A stretch of 63,407 bases of DNA, the filler included, from Phoronis australis (taxonomy: Eukaryota; Animalia; Phoronida): the NCBI GenBank assembly GCA_002633005.1. It is 8 parts of 8 records of this genome, joined end to end, with 100 filler letters (N's around TTAATTAATTAA, not from the genome) between each part and the next. Parts side by side here need not be neighbours in the genome. Positions count along the whole stretch, not along the records: positions 15,588 to 28,173 come from NMRA01000153.1; positions 28,274 to 45,132 come from NMRA01000276.1; 6 more parts are not named here. One strand, written 5' to 3'. The position numbers and the translations under genes are program-made. Of this stretch, positions 27,530 through 39,964 are shown one piece after another (position 1 is the stretch's first letter; every line of letters begins with the position of its first letter). The notes below the pieces were generated by a model. The model saw only the letters and a list, made by a program, of their open reading frames with translations. It did not search any database and was not told where the DNA came from.

Positions 27530-28173
27530 CTGGGTCCGGTCTCTAATAATCTTTTTAATCGAAATGGAACTCGAAATTAGGTTTGGCATTTTCTACTCTG
27601 TTTTTGTGCGAACACAAGATAAGTGTCTATTATTCTATGCTTGAGTACATAATGACTTACGTGGATAATTTTTTAGTCCTAGTTTGCAATTGATAAACCC
27701 AACATTAAGACATTTGAACGTGAGTTCTAACAAAAGGAGCAGAAAAATTGCCAAAAATAATTTTGAGTTCGTTTCGAATACAAAGATTAGAGACTGGGGC
27801 CCGGTCTCTAATGTTTGTACTCGAAACGAACTTTCAACTATTTTTGGAAATTTCTCTGCTCCTTTTGTGCGAACTTACGATAATTGGTTATCAGACTGTG
27901 CTCGAATACATTATAGTTTATGCATAGGAGTTTTTAGTTCAAGTTTGCGCTTGAAGACCCTTATATTCGTGCTACAAAGTCGAGTAAAAACTTGAAATTT
28001 CGAGTTCAAACTCGAACTTATTGCTTTAATATTGGGTTTACAAACTGTGAACTAAGGGCAATAAATTATCTACGTAAGTTATTGTGTACTCGAGCATAGA
28101 ATAATAGACACTTATCTTGAGTTCGCCCAAAAGTAGAGTAGAAAATGCCAAACCTAATTTCGAGTTCCATTTC
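27530..28173. mobile_element. Two inverted, abutting copies of the GGCCCGGTCTC-TIR MITE
   Basis: An internally deleted copy (27530 to ~27800) is fused at GGGCCC to an inverted copy running to the contig end. Both match the full copy at 52313-52720. Confidence 0.85.
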
Positions 28174-28273
28174 NNNNNNNNNNNNNNNNNNNNNNNNNNN
28201 NNNNNNNNNNNNNNNNNTTAATTAATTAANNNNNNNNNNNNNNNNNNNNNNNNNNNNNNNNNNNNNNNNNNNN
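28174..28273. other. Artificial contig spacer
   Basis: 44N-TTAATTAATTAA-44N. Confidence 0.98.
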
Positions 28274-29112
28274 GACGACGATTACGCCCTCTGTCAGAGG
28301 GCATGGAAAGACAACAACATGAAGAGTCTAGCTGAAAGACTTTTTGGTATGGTACAATAACAAAGACACCGGACCCATGCTGGAAGCCGTCGATACCATG
28401 GCGGCATTCTACAGGGAAAAGGGCGTCGACCTCTTCAAGGATGGCATAAGCGTGCCCGGACTGACCCTGAAAATTCTCTTCAAAAATGTCGGTAACGTTT
28501 TCTTTACGCTCTTTGAGGAAAAATACAAAGACTTGTATTATAGCTCTAAACAGAATACCGTCGGAGGTCCTAGTATTGTTTTCCACGGATACCACGAAAA
28601 GGGAAAGACGTTTATACGCCAGAGGGATATGGAGAAAGCGGGAAAAATACCAAAGACAGTCTCAAAGATTTTGGGTTTCGACGTAAATGCCCTTTACCTT
28701 CGCAGTATCATGAACGAGCAACCGACTGAACCGTTTATTCGTCGTAGGCAAGAAAACAATTTCCAACGAGAATTTTCCTACCCTAAGGCGCAAAAGGCAA
28801 CGGCTTGGCTGGATTACGTAGTGTGGCAACGAGGAATCAGTATCCGTCATCAGTTCAACGGGGTTGAAAAAAGGGTGGGTCAGCGTATGTCGTATTCCAG
28901 TGGACGGTTTCTGTCGTCAGCCGCACAAAGTGTTCAAATTCCAAGGATATTTCGGGCACAGCCACGACTCGTCTCACGAAAAATGACGACGGGACTCCGA
29001 GGACGAGGAACGAAACTCGAAACGTCGCCATGAGCGAGCTTATGGAAAACACCAAAAAATAAGAGATTATATCATCAATCAAGGTTTTGATTACGAAGAG
29101 CTTTGGGAATGC
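28274..29112 (+). pseudogene. Polinton/Maverick (adintovirus-like) protein-primed DNA polymerase B fragment, frameshifted
   Basis: ExoIII-like DYALCQRAW..MKSL/KDFLVWYNNKD, then VGGPSIVF and motif A GFDVNALY. A nuclease-like insert follows: HQFNGVEKRVG/RIPVDGFC...FKFQGYFGHSH.../GFDYEELWEC. About four frameshifts; truncated by the contig start. Confidence 0.85.
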
Positions 29113-29342
29113 AAAAACTTCTTGCAGTGTGTAAAACTTCAATGGAATTCTTCAATCCATTCTTTAGAAACGATCTGCCCCAAAGAACACTTTACAAGCC
29201 CTCAACAAGAACAGAATGGTCACTAGGAGGTACTGCAATAGTTTAATCCACCCGCAAATTTAATGTTACCTGCACATTGACATCACTTACCCAGTATACT
29301 ATCCGTACAGAACGACTGGCACTGAGCCATAGCGACAACACA

Positions 29343-29755
29343 AGGTACCTAAACTACACGGTCAATGGGCTCATAAACACGACTTACGGACCTGCAAACA
29401 CCGTCCACTGACTCACAAACACGGGAACGGGCAAAATGACACGGGACATGGACTCATATTCACGAGGAAACACGGTTGACGCACCGCCAAACACGGTTTA
29501 CGGACAAAATGAAGATGTCAGCTCACCCAGGAAGCCGATGAGTCCGTGACCCGTCTTTGGCGGTCCGTTAACTGTGTTTCCTCGTGAATATGAGTCCGTG
29601 TCCCGTGTACATGATTTGGGTGCGTGAATCGTGTTTTGCGAGTCCGTTAAATCCCGTGTTTGTGAGCCAGTGGACGGTGCTTGCAGGTCCGTGAGTTGTG
29701 TTCATGGGCCCGTGCCCGTGTTAGTGAGTCCGTTGACCGTGAAGTTTAAGTACCT
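29343..29755. mobile_element. Foldback MITE (~410 bp) with long imperfect inverted arms
   Basis: aggtacctaaactacacggtcaa pairs with ttgaccgtgaagtttaagtacct; inner ggactcatattcacgaggaaacac pairs with gtgtttcctcgtgaatatgagtcc. Confidence 0.8.
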
Positions 29756-31726
29756 AGCAACAGGTCAAACACAAAATCCAATCAGACTTAGTAGTGGGCA
29801 TCCCGACAATTAGCCTCGTCCCCTACCCCCAAGATGGCGCTGATCGGTTTAGCCCTGTGGTGCCACCTATCAGTTATAACGATTTGTTAAATCACTGTAG
29901 TTTAGTCTCATTTTTGTCAAAATACCAACATCAAGTGTNGAGGGGGGTACTGTGGTGCCACCTATCAGTTATAACGATTTGTTAAATCACTGTAGTTTAG
30001 TCTCATTTTTGTCAAAATACCAACATCAAGTGTCTGCTTCAATATAGTATTTTATTCGCTTATAATTGTGTGTTTCTGATTCCTACAGCCCTTTGAGGTT
30101 TGGTCATGAAAATAATGAATGTTAACTGGTGGCGTTGATCCTTACATATCGAGCCCTGGTGGTTAAATTTGAGAACCTAACTTTGGGCCCACCTTAGGCT
30201 CTTCCTCGGGACACAACCTCTAGCATGTCACGTGGTCACCAGTTGGCAGTGACTGCATGCAGTGGCTAAACTGGTGACTGTAACCACTCTCTTTGTTCAA
30301 CTCTGATTTTGTAAAAAAAAGTGCAGGTGGTCTGATGTCATTTGCGGTGCATCAGACGTGCGCAGGCCTCTGATTTTGTGGTTTGACTTTGTTTTCTCTA
30401 GAAAATCAGGTTCATAAATTCCGAGTGCGGGTCTTACCAATAAATTTCGCTGAAAACTAGGGCACTTGGTCATATCTATCAGCTTGCATTTGGGAGTTGT
30501 CGTCCCACTTGTCTTTTGATGGACCAAAACATTCCGTAGGGTGTTGAACGATTTGAAGCACGTTCCCACCTAGTTCTCAAAAATGTTTTACAGGTTTTAC
30601 GACAGATCGCCAACCCATAAATGAGCCACGTTAAGTATAAAAGGGCCAACCTCCTTAAGAGACATTAGGTCTGGCATAGAGCATGCAGTAAGACTGGTCA
30701 TTTGGTCTGGTACAGAGCATTCAGAATGATCATTGTCACATAAAAAATCTTTCGGATTCTAGTCTGCCCCTAAAGTTGGTCATTTTCTTCAATAACTAAG
30801 TTTTCAGATATTTACAAGCATATTACAACTGATCTTTTAGTTTCAAAATAATGGCTGGAGTGAAAATTCAGATACATGCAACAACTGCCAGGCACCACCC
30901 ACAGGTGACCAGGTGACACAGAGACCACTGCCAGTAAAGAGCCCAAGATGGACCCTGATGCTAGTTAGGTAAAATCAATATTTCAATAGACTACAGTGAC
31001 TTAACAAAAATACATTAAAAACGGTTACCACTTCGTTTTGAAAATAAGGATAGATCAACACAACACCGCAAAACATTTGCAAGTAAAATTTAATTTACAT
31101 TCACCAATTGAACAAGAGATCGGTGGAAAGCTCAGACTTACACAACTCTCTACATGTCATTAAATAGAAGTTCCATAAGACCACAACGTTTACCCAGAGA
31201 GAAAAGATGTCCTCTCAAATGATTGCACAATACAGTGAACTGGGTATAGTACCATACAGTGAACTCGGCCATACAGCACCATACAGTAAACTCAGCCTCC
31301 TTGCTCATGTTCCAATAAGATTATTTACTATGAGATAGAATGAGAAACTGATGTTGTCATGGGAACCCATAAAGTGGCACAAACTTGTCAGCATGTATGG
31401 TGAGAAATTGATCTTGCCATAGCAACCAATCAATTGAGCCCATATGGTGACACAGAGGAGTACTGAATTGTTTGTTTGATTCACAAAACTACCACTCCAC
31501 CAGACTTTATCACCAGTGCTCAACTTATCACTGTACCAGAATTTATGGCTCAACTAGACTTACATATTACATGTCAGGCAGATGTCATCTTGTTCAGAAT
31601 AAAACAGCAAGTAACTGTTGTTGAACTGAGTGTCACACACACCACAGTGAGACAGGCTGAGTGTCACACACACCACAGTGAGACAGGCTGAGTGTCACAC
31701 ACTGGTTAGTAGTAGAAGTTACATCA

Positions 31727-31866
31727 CTGGGGCGGATCTACAGGGGAAAGAATCGTACAGAGAGAGGGAAACCCCATACAACCCCCCCTCCCCCGTTCAG
31801 GACTACACGCCTCCGATTCGCGCGAATCCTAAACCCCTTGTTACTGAAAAGGTAGATCTGCCACTG
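31727..31866. mobile_element. Short MITE with GGCGGATCTAC-type TIRs
   Basis: ctggggcggatctac...gtagatctgccactg. No clean TSD visible. Confidence 0.55.
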
Positions 31867-32313
31867 CACACACATGTACACCAAGACATTTCCAGTGGTA
31901 ATGCAATGGTCAGTTTAAGAATCAGTTCAGTTCAACAGTTTAGTCGAGACGAGTTGTGTCCTGTAAATTTAACTCCATGGACGTCAAGTGTTGGCACAAG
32001 AGTACACTGATAGCGTCAGAATTAGGCAATGCAGCTGTGTAGTGTCAACAGTAGAGGCTGCAGTGAATATCGGTTATTTGCACGAATACACACTGTGATT
32101 GGCATGTCTCTACAGATTCACTAGGTGTCACCCCGGTATACCAACATGGATCTGTCCTATGTTGGTCTTTATTGCACACAGGTATCTGATCACCACACTG
32201 CACACGGCCTTTGACTGATTTCCCATCAATCTTTCAATCTTTGACCTGGATTCACCAGCAGGCTGGCATTTGATTGGGCGATCTATTGGAATCCAACAGC
32301 TGTGCACCTCCTA

Positions 32314-32454
32314 CTATCTTGATGTACCAAATGGTGTGCCTGGGGTGTTTGGTAGACTGTCCACAAGAGGGCTCTCTGTTGTTGCCATCACCTCGGCAAA
32401 CCAACTCGCCACATCAACATTAGCCATTTGAAATATTTTCAGAAAATCGTGACT
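32314..32454 (-). CDS. MAP2K7: MAP2K7/MKK7 last coding exon
   Basis: Acceptor tttgtttacAG; SHDFLKIFQMANVDVASWFAEVMATTESP...TSR*. Matches the MKK7 C-terminal VDVASWF...TESP. Confidence 0.92.
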   Translation of the reverse strand, partial: SHDFLKIFQMANVDVASWFAEVMATTESPLVDSLPNTPGTPFGTSR

Positions 32455-33679
32455 CTGTAAACAAAGAACAACAAATTTGAGAGCAATAGTGATGAAGATG
32501 CTGCCCTTAAGGCACCAAATGTCTTGCTTAAATGTGTGCAGCTTATGTTTTACCTTTGTTAAACACAAAGCAGTATACTCAAATTAATTGTTGGGAGTTC
32601 CCCACAGAAAATTTGCACACTTTAACCCATGGCAAGTATTTATGTCACTTACGTTTGCCGACTTATCCTTTGTCATCAGTTAAATAACAGCCTACTAGAA
32701 TGTTTTTGTGAAAATTTCACCTTATTCAAATAGCGTTTATCAAAAATATACATGTACCTCAGTGTACTTTTCTGTTGAAAAGAGACCTTATTGAATGACA
32801 TAACCAAATAAGTGAGCAAGTGAGGCAATAAAATTAAACAGGTTATGTGTGGTAGCCAGGAGAATACAGTTAAGCACACACATTGTCTATCAAGAAGGTG
32901 TGCCCAAGAAACTGTGTTTAGTACACCATACCCTCAAATATTCTATAAATGACGGAACCCATCATACCACAGGAGGAACTTAATGTGCATATACTATGTA
33001 TATTGGGTGTGTTTGGTGCACTCTATTTATATGTGAGAGGCACTCAACAACTTAACTCAATATCAAGATTGAACTTAGATGACTACTTTGAACAATATTC
33101 CGTGTGAGGAATCTGTACCAAGGACACGTTCGTGTAATACATCCTTGAGACACTTCTAAGTATGTGTGCATTGCTCTTCATTTTTTGTCGAAAGCTGTTA
33201 CCAGGTATTTCCTTGAGAATTGTACAAAATGTAGCTTTTAACTGTGCCATAACATAAAAGATTGAGCACTCTCCCAGAGATAAGCATGCAATAAACAAGA
33301 GTAATGCGGAGTATTGAAATGCGCCAATGGATGCATTGCAAACGGTGTGTTGCAACTAGGATTCATTTCTAGCATAAAAATAGCTATTAGATGGCACAGA
33401 ATACATTGAACTCCGCCAAAAATTGGAAAGTGTCATCGTCACTCAAAATTATTTGCTAAATTTCATGAAAATGTGACAAAAACTTAAGATACAAAGACAA
33501 ATGTAAACAAAAACTGTCATTAGAAACCACAGCAGTTGTCGAATTTGTCCATTTAGTTTATTTATTGTGAGGGTAAGCACACCAATTTTCACTACTTTCC
33601 ATGGGGGCCCAACTGCTGTCGAGTCAATAGAATTGCAGCCGGAGCAGCACAGCAGTTGGAACCACAGGAATATCCATAT

Positions 33680-34779
33680 CAGTCATGCCTTGTCAGTAGG
33701 AACACATCAGCCAGTCATGCCCTTGTCAGTAGGAACACATCTGTCAGTCATGCCCTTGTCAGTAGGAACACATCTGTCAGTCATGCCCTTGTCAGTAGAA
33801 ACACATCTGTCAGTCATGCCCTTGTCAGTAGGAACACATCAGTCAGTCATGTCCTTGTCAGTAGGAACACATCTTTCAGTCATGCCCTTGTCAGTGGGAA
33901 CACATCTGTCAGTCATGCCCTATGCAGTAGGAAGACATCTCTCAGTCACGCCCTTGTCAGTAGGAACACATCTGTCAGTCATGCCTTGTCAGTAGGAACA
34001 CATCAGTCAGTCATGCCCTCGTCAGTAGGAACACATCTGTCAGTCATGCCCTTGTCAGTAGGATCACATCTGTCAGTCATGCCCTTGTCAGTAGGAACAC
34101 ATCAGTCAGTCATGCCCTTGTCAGTAGGAACACATCTGTCAGTCATGCCCTTGTCAGTAGGAACACATCTGTCAGTCATGCCCTTGTCAGTAGGAACACA
34201 TCTGTCAGTCATGCCCTTGTCAGTAGGAACACATCTGTCAGTCATGCCCTTGTCAGTAGGAACACATCTGTCAGTCATGCCCTTGTCAGTAGGAACACAT
34301 CTGTCAGTCATGCCCTTGTCAGTAGGAACACATCTGTCAGTCATGCCCTTGTCAGTAGGAACACATCTGTCAGTCATGCCCTTGTCAGTAGGAACACATC
34401 TGTCAGTCATGCCCTTGTCAGTAGGAACACATCTGTCAGTCATGCCCTTGTCAGTAGGAACACATCTGTCAGTCATGCCCTTGTCAGTAGGAACACATCT
34501 GTCAGTCATGCCCTTGTCAGTAGGAACACATCTGTCAGTCATGCCCTTGTCAGTCAGATCACATCAGTCAGTCATGCCCTTGTCAGTAGGACCACATCAG
34601 TCAGTCATGCCCTTGTCAGTAGGAAAACATCAGTCAGTCATGCCCTTGTCAGTAGGATCACATCTGTCAGTCATGCCCTTGTCAATAGGAACACATCTGC
34701 CAGTCATGCCCTTATCAGTAGGAACAGATCTGTCAGTCCTGCCCTTGTCAGTAGGAACACATCAGTCAGTCATGCCCTC
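33680..34779. repeat. 33-bp minisatellite, ~33 copies, in the last MAP2K7 intron
   Basis: Unit cagtcatgcccttgtcagtaggaacacatctgt; identical in the centre, diverged at the edges, no unique spacers. Confidence 0.97.
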
Positions 34780-35958
34780 GTTACATCGAACTCGGGAAAC
34801 ATCGGAACAGGAAAATTTCAGTTCTGAGTTCTATCGGTCCCGGGGAATGTCGTAAAGCACTTGGTCTTTTATAACCGCCAGGAATGTATGAGTTCATCTT
34901 CAAATCAACGACTGGCATCCGGGTGCTTAACAGAGCCAAACCGTTATACTCTTTCATTTAGGCCTGTCACTATTCTCTTTTCATGTGCAGTTTTGAAGTG
35001 GTGCGCACGTGTGAGTTCAGGCACTTGAATCGCTGGAGTAGGCCTACATTTTACGTTGGCAACAATGAATGAAAGACCAATCATATTTCGCACACGAAGC
35101 CCCAGAAACAAGTAAAGGGGTTCGAGAATTTCTTGACAACTAAAATTCGTCTGGCTATTAATAGGGTGTCATGTTCACTTTGGCTGACTTATGCGATAAA
35201 AAACGAGATGTATATCTGTAAGTCACCATTGTTTGGAATAAGGACATCTTACGCAAAAAATAAAGATATTTGTCCACCACAAAGTATGGTAAGTTGGCGC
35301 TTTAGAATTAGTAGAAACACCGCTTTGTGACGTTTTATCACGTGCTATGCAGTGGCCCAAAACTTTCTTCGGCGAATCCGGAAATTTGCAAAACTGGCCG
35401 AAAATGTTAGCCAATGAAACCCGTCAAAGATCGATTCTGCATACGCCATGTTCACGCGACCTACTTACATTTCATCGGTAGGGTTTTTCTCTATTAGTGT
35501 TCTTTTGAACTTGGATTTGGCAGCAACCAAATAACGTTCGGATTAACAAGAGTTGCTTTATATTTGCCCGGTATCTGCCGAGAAGTGTAAAAACTCAGCT
35601 CGCACACGTTGGAAATTCCAGCTCGCATTTTGTGACTTGATACTAGTTGACAAAAATCTCAGCTCGCATTTCCAAATTTCAGGTCGCAAATGCGACCTGC
35701 AGTTCGTTATGTCGAGCCTTGTACACGATAAATTAAAGCGATAAGCTGACACCACTAACCCGTGTTGTAAACTGCTGAACAGAGTGCATGTGAAACCAAT
35801 TACGTCATTGGATAATTTCAACCGTCAGGTGTCGGGTAATGCAACCGAACCTGCCATTATCGAGTAGAACTACTCGATCTGAATTGATACAAAATAGGTT
35901 GTTTTTTGGGTGGCATTCTCCTTTAACACAAGTGACACCAGAGGCACATAATACCTAC

Positions 35959-36004
35959 CAGCAACTGTTTGTACTTGGGTCTTCTACTGAAGTCTTTCGT
36001 CAAA
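35959..36004 (-). CDS. MAP2K7: MAP2K7 exon (kinase subdomain XI)
   Basis: ctttcAG...GTAGGT; 46 bp reading (C)LTKDFSRRPKYKQLL; phases fit both neighbouring exons. Confidence 0.93.
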
Positions 36005-36197
36005 CTGAAAGAAAGATTCTCAAACTTGTAACAAATGGAAACATGATCAACAGTTCAGAACAACCTTAGGGCACCAGAGGGAGCTACGTATAGCATGGTA
36101 CACAGTGAGAGAATTTATAAACAACAAGGAAAGAGAATTTTTTCTGAATCTGCCAGGTTACAGTGAGGAGAATGGAATCCAATGGTGAATGAAAACA

Positions 36198-36333
36198 ACG
36201 TTAGTCTCACATTAGTCGGTTCAAGTCAATAGAACATAGTCAAGGTAAGCCTCAAATCTGTAGGTTGATGTCAATAGAACACAGTCAACGTTAATCTCAC
36301 ATCCATAGACTCTTGTCAACAAAACATAGTCAG
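36198..36333. repeat. Degenerate 45-bp tandem repeat, left block
   Basis: About 3 copies of aacatagtcaacgttagtctcacatctgtaggctattgtcaacaa-like units. Confidence 0.75.
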
Positions 36334-36362
36334 TTCTGCTTGTTCTTGGGAAAATTTTAATG

Positions 36363-37045
36363 AAACTTATAAACGCACGTCTAACAAGCTGGGCCAGTGA
36401 TAATGACTTATTTAACGAAGCTCAGGCTGGGTACACAAAGGGGTATAGTACAATATACCTAATTTTTACTTTTGTTCATTAAGTACTTGAGTAAGCGCAG
36501 AGGCAGATTTTATGCTATATACATGGATTTTTCTCGGGCCTTTGGCAGCATTTCACATTAATTTTTGTGGAATAGGCTACAAAAAAATAGAAATTCATGG
36601 TAATGTTTTAAAAATGATGAAAGTATGTATTCAAAGCTAAGAGCATGTGTAAGAACTGGGTTAACTGACTTCTTGAGTTAAATTGAATATTGACTGGTAC
36701 TCGCCAAGGGTGTATGCTTAGTCCTTTTTTATTTACTATGTATTTGAACGAGTTTGTTGATTACTTAAGAGAATCTTTAATTAGCGGAATTTACGTAAAT
36801 GAGAATGTGCCTCAAATTTGTATGTTGCTATACCCTGATGATATGGTTGGTTGTGCAGAGACAGCCTTTAAACTACAACAACAAATTAACATTCTGCATG
36901 AATACTGTCAGGATTAGGGTATGAAAGTCAACTTTACAAAAACTAAAATAATGGTATTTAGAAAAGGTTAACCATTGAGAAAATACAAAAATGGCATTTT
37001 ATAAATGACAAAATTGATGTCGTCTCATCATACAAGTACCTGAGT
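36363..37045 (+). mobile_element. Degenerate non-LTR retrotransposon reverse transcriptase fragment (RTE-X-like or CR1/L2 group)
   Basis: RLTSW...EAQAGY, YMDFSRAF, GTRQGCMLSPFLF, LLYPDD (YADD variant), KVNFTKTKIMVFRK and VVSSYKYL, with stops and frameshifts. Antisense to the host gene. Confidence 0.88.
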
Positions 37046-37592
37046 AGGTATTTGCCTAACTCCTAAGTTAGTCTGGACGCAAGCAACGGAAACTTTGTTT
37101 CACCAGGCACAGAAAGCAATTTTTTAAAGGGGCTGTTCGGAAAATTTACAATAACTAGAGGGCGCGCGTGTACTAGTGGTGATAGATTAAGCAGCCTCGA
37201 TTTCGCAATGAAATGGCTTGCAGCCGTGCGAGATTGCCTGAAAAGGGTGCTTCTATGAGAGGAAGTAAGCACGACCTTATACATTAAGGTAACGTTCGGA
37301 TTATTTTAACGATCATTCCATGTTTATTCTTCTGATGCCTGTTCACTTAGGTACTCGCCGATGTCGACTTCGCGGCAGTCCCCAGTCGGGTTAATCTTTG
37401 TTGTGATGTGTTTTACGGTACTTGACGTAGCACTTGGGATCTTTTCGTACATCAAAGCATTATTGTTGTTTGGAATGATTTTTAAATGATTTGCCAGACG
37501 ATTGACTGTGGGTTTGTTTAAAAGGTAGCTATGCTTTGAGGTTGTGCGTAGATGGAGAGTGAATAATCAAATCCAGTAATTAATTTATTATA

Positions 37593-38472
37593 TGATATCC
37601 CCCAATTAGACAAATGAAACCTATTGTTAATTAAGTAATCAACTACAAAGAGTAACTACGCTAGCGCCCTCTTTAAAGATTACTTTAATCAAACAACCAA
37701 AACGATCAAATGTCTTATCTGCTATCCAAGCTAGGACTCTCCACTTGTTGGACGTCTGTCCTATTGGTGAATCTTCGAACTACACACACACTGTATAGCG
37801 ACAGTGTACTTGCTGGTCACCGTCTCTGGTGATGCAACACTTGCAGGCAATTTCTTCTACCCGCGATTCTTCTTGCTAGTCACAGTCTCTGGCTGATGAC
37901 ACAACACTTCAGGTAGTATCTTACTACCCACAATGCAAGTGACAAGCTCTTAGTTAACTTCCTGTTCGTTAACACTTGCCCTTGCCCCGATCCTTTCTAG
38001 AATCTTCCACGAGATGGCTCTGTCGTACAATTGCTTCTGTACACTGAAGCAAGTCGTTATGCTTCAACTAATAGCGCATCTAATTATCTTGTTGATTTCA
38101 GCCCATACTACTTATTTAGTGATTGGCTAATAAAAACCACATGATCATATCCACTCGTATTATTGGCTGTCACAATTTGTTCTCAGAATTTTCTAGAATC
38201 TCTAGAGTACTTTGACCCCAGAACCCAAAGTTGTAAACACCATCTAAAAATAGATTTTGACGTTAAAATACATGTCAACAAGTCTGACCACAAATTTTGG
38301 GCAACTTAAAATGGATCTATTCTTACTAATTACTTAATCAATATTTATTCTGACACGATTTATCAGTGACAGTTGCATCAATCAATGCTGAATGTTTATG
38401 CTGCCTGTCAACTCGATATTGGTTAGTGAGTTAAGATTACAATCCAAGCCCAATGGCAAAGGCTACGTGACA
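37593..38472. mobile_element. Possible solo LTR (~880 bp)
   Basis: TG...CA ends (TGATATCCCC...CTACGTGACA), near-TSD tata/aata, repeated TTCTAGAA motifs, no coding capacity. Confidence 0.4.
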
Positions 38473-38591
38473 AATATCCATTAGACTATTTGTTTACTCC
38501 CTGTTATATGTCTTCCGGAAATCTATTACACGTTGAAATGGGAATCTTACATGTCTGAGGCTTGGGCCTTAAATGTTGAAACAGTTATTTA

Positions 38592-38892
38592 AAACATAGT
38601 CAATGTTAGTCTCACATCTGTAGGCTATTGCTAACAAAACATAGACAGTCAAGATTAGTCTCGCATCTGTAGACTCTAGCCAACAAAACATATTCAACAT
38701 GTAGTCACATCTCTGGTTTCATGTTAACATAACATAGTAACGGTTAGTCTCACATCTGTAGGCTATTGTCAACCAAACATAGTCAACGTAGGTCCCATAT
38801 CAGTAGAATCTTGTAAACAAAAGATGGTCAAGATTAGTCTAACATCCGTAACCTCTTGTCAAAAGGACATAGACAACGTGAGACTCACATCC
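38592..38892. repeat. Degenerate 45-bp tandem repeat, right block
   Basis: About 6-7 copies of the same unit as 36198-36333. Confidence 0.8.
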
Positions 38893-38957
38893 CTCAACTT
38901 AATAATAAAATGTCAAGTGTGATATTGAGTATTAAGATGCGGCAATAGAAAACTCAC

Positions 38958-39100
38958 CACTGGCCGACAAATGAACAAAAGTTTGATGAGAATCCTCGGC
39001 TGGTGGCTAGAAAAGGAGGTTCTTCCTGCAGAACCTTCGTACACATTTCAAAGTCTGACCGACAATTTTTGTAAGGGAATTCGCCAGTGGCTAGCTCCAC
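38958..39100 (-). CDS. MAP2K7: MAP2K7 exon (subdomains IX-X)
   Basis: tgtccacAG...GTGAGT; 143 bp reading VELATGEFPYKNCRSDFEMCTKVLQEEPPFLATSRGFSSNFCSFVGQ(C). Confidence 0.95.
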
Positions 39101-39604
39101 CTGTGGACAAAAACAGAAATGTAGTTAAGACTGAGCAACGAAGACAGCTATAGACAGCATATTATACTTGGACACACATACATATAGTACATACTCAAAT
39201 ACTCACAAACATACACATACATACTCAAATACACGAATAAATACATGCATGCCTACATGCATACAAACACACGCACACACATATACATGACAAAGAGTAA
39301 CACACGCACACACATATACATGACAAAGAGTAACACACGCACACACAAACAGAAAAGAATGGCTACGGAAACTATTTTTGGTCAAAAGAAATAGAATGAT
39401 ATTCTGGACCTTCAATGTGAACCTAATATGGACAACATAGGACTGCATACAATCAATACTGTAGTGTTCCTAACCTGAACACCCTACATGCCCCTGTATA
39501 TACAGCAATAAAATAAACCCAATCTTAACCCCGTCAATGCCCCTAAACTTCAACCTTATACTGTATCCAGTCTGGACCCTGTCAACATCAAGATACATAC
39601 CTAG

Positions 39605-39835
39605 CACTTTTCACATTCATCCTTAGAGCGGTTTGATTGATAGAAGGGCAGACTAGAAAACAATAAAAATGAAAATGGCCTCTAGGTGGCACAAAATACC
39701 TCGGAACCATTCAAAAATAAAACCATAGCACCAACTCGTTAATAGATGTCTATATGCTAAATTTTAAGAAGATATGTTGATGACCTGCGAAGATACAGAG
39801 GTAAATGTAAAAAACTAAATATAGTGCGGCGATTC
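39605..39835 (+). mobile_element. Diverged fragment of the Helentron-like repeat family also at 43050 and 45233
   Basis: Shares atcctt(a/t)gagcggttt, actagaaaac and tggcc(t/a)ctaggtggc blocks with 45360-45590. Confidence 0.6.
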
Positions 39836-39964
39836 TAGTCTAGATGTCCTGACCCCCCTACAGTCACCTCTGCAATGGAACAAACCATTTATCACCCACA
39901 GCAATGACCACATAAACAGCATAGACCACATGAGCAACCCCACATTAATCACATACAAGCATTA

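Noticed and set aside
29855-30033. Exact 84-bp tandem duplication
   Set aside because: The copies are separated by a single N (29939), typical of an unmerged contig overlap.
32455-32568. MCLTK... start of ORF 32314-32568 as part of MAP2K7
   Set aside because: Chance resemblance in intronic sequence. The true CLTKD exon is 35959-36004 and the last exon starts at 32454.
33680-34779. CRISPR-like array or repeat protein (ORFs of 399, 142 and 146 aa)
   Set aside because: Units abut with no unique spacers, there are no cas genes, and it lies in a eukaryotic intron. The ORFs result from a 33-bp unit that is stop-free in those frames.
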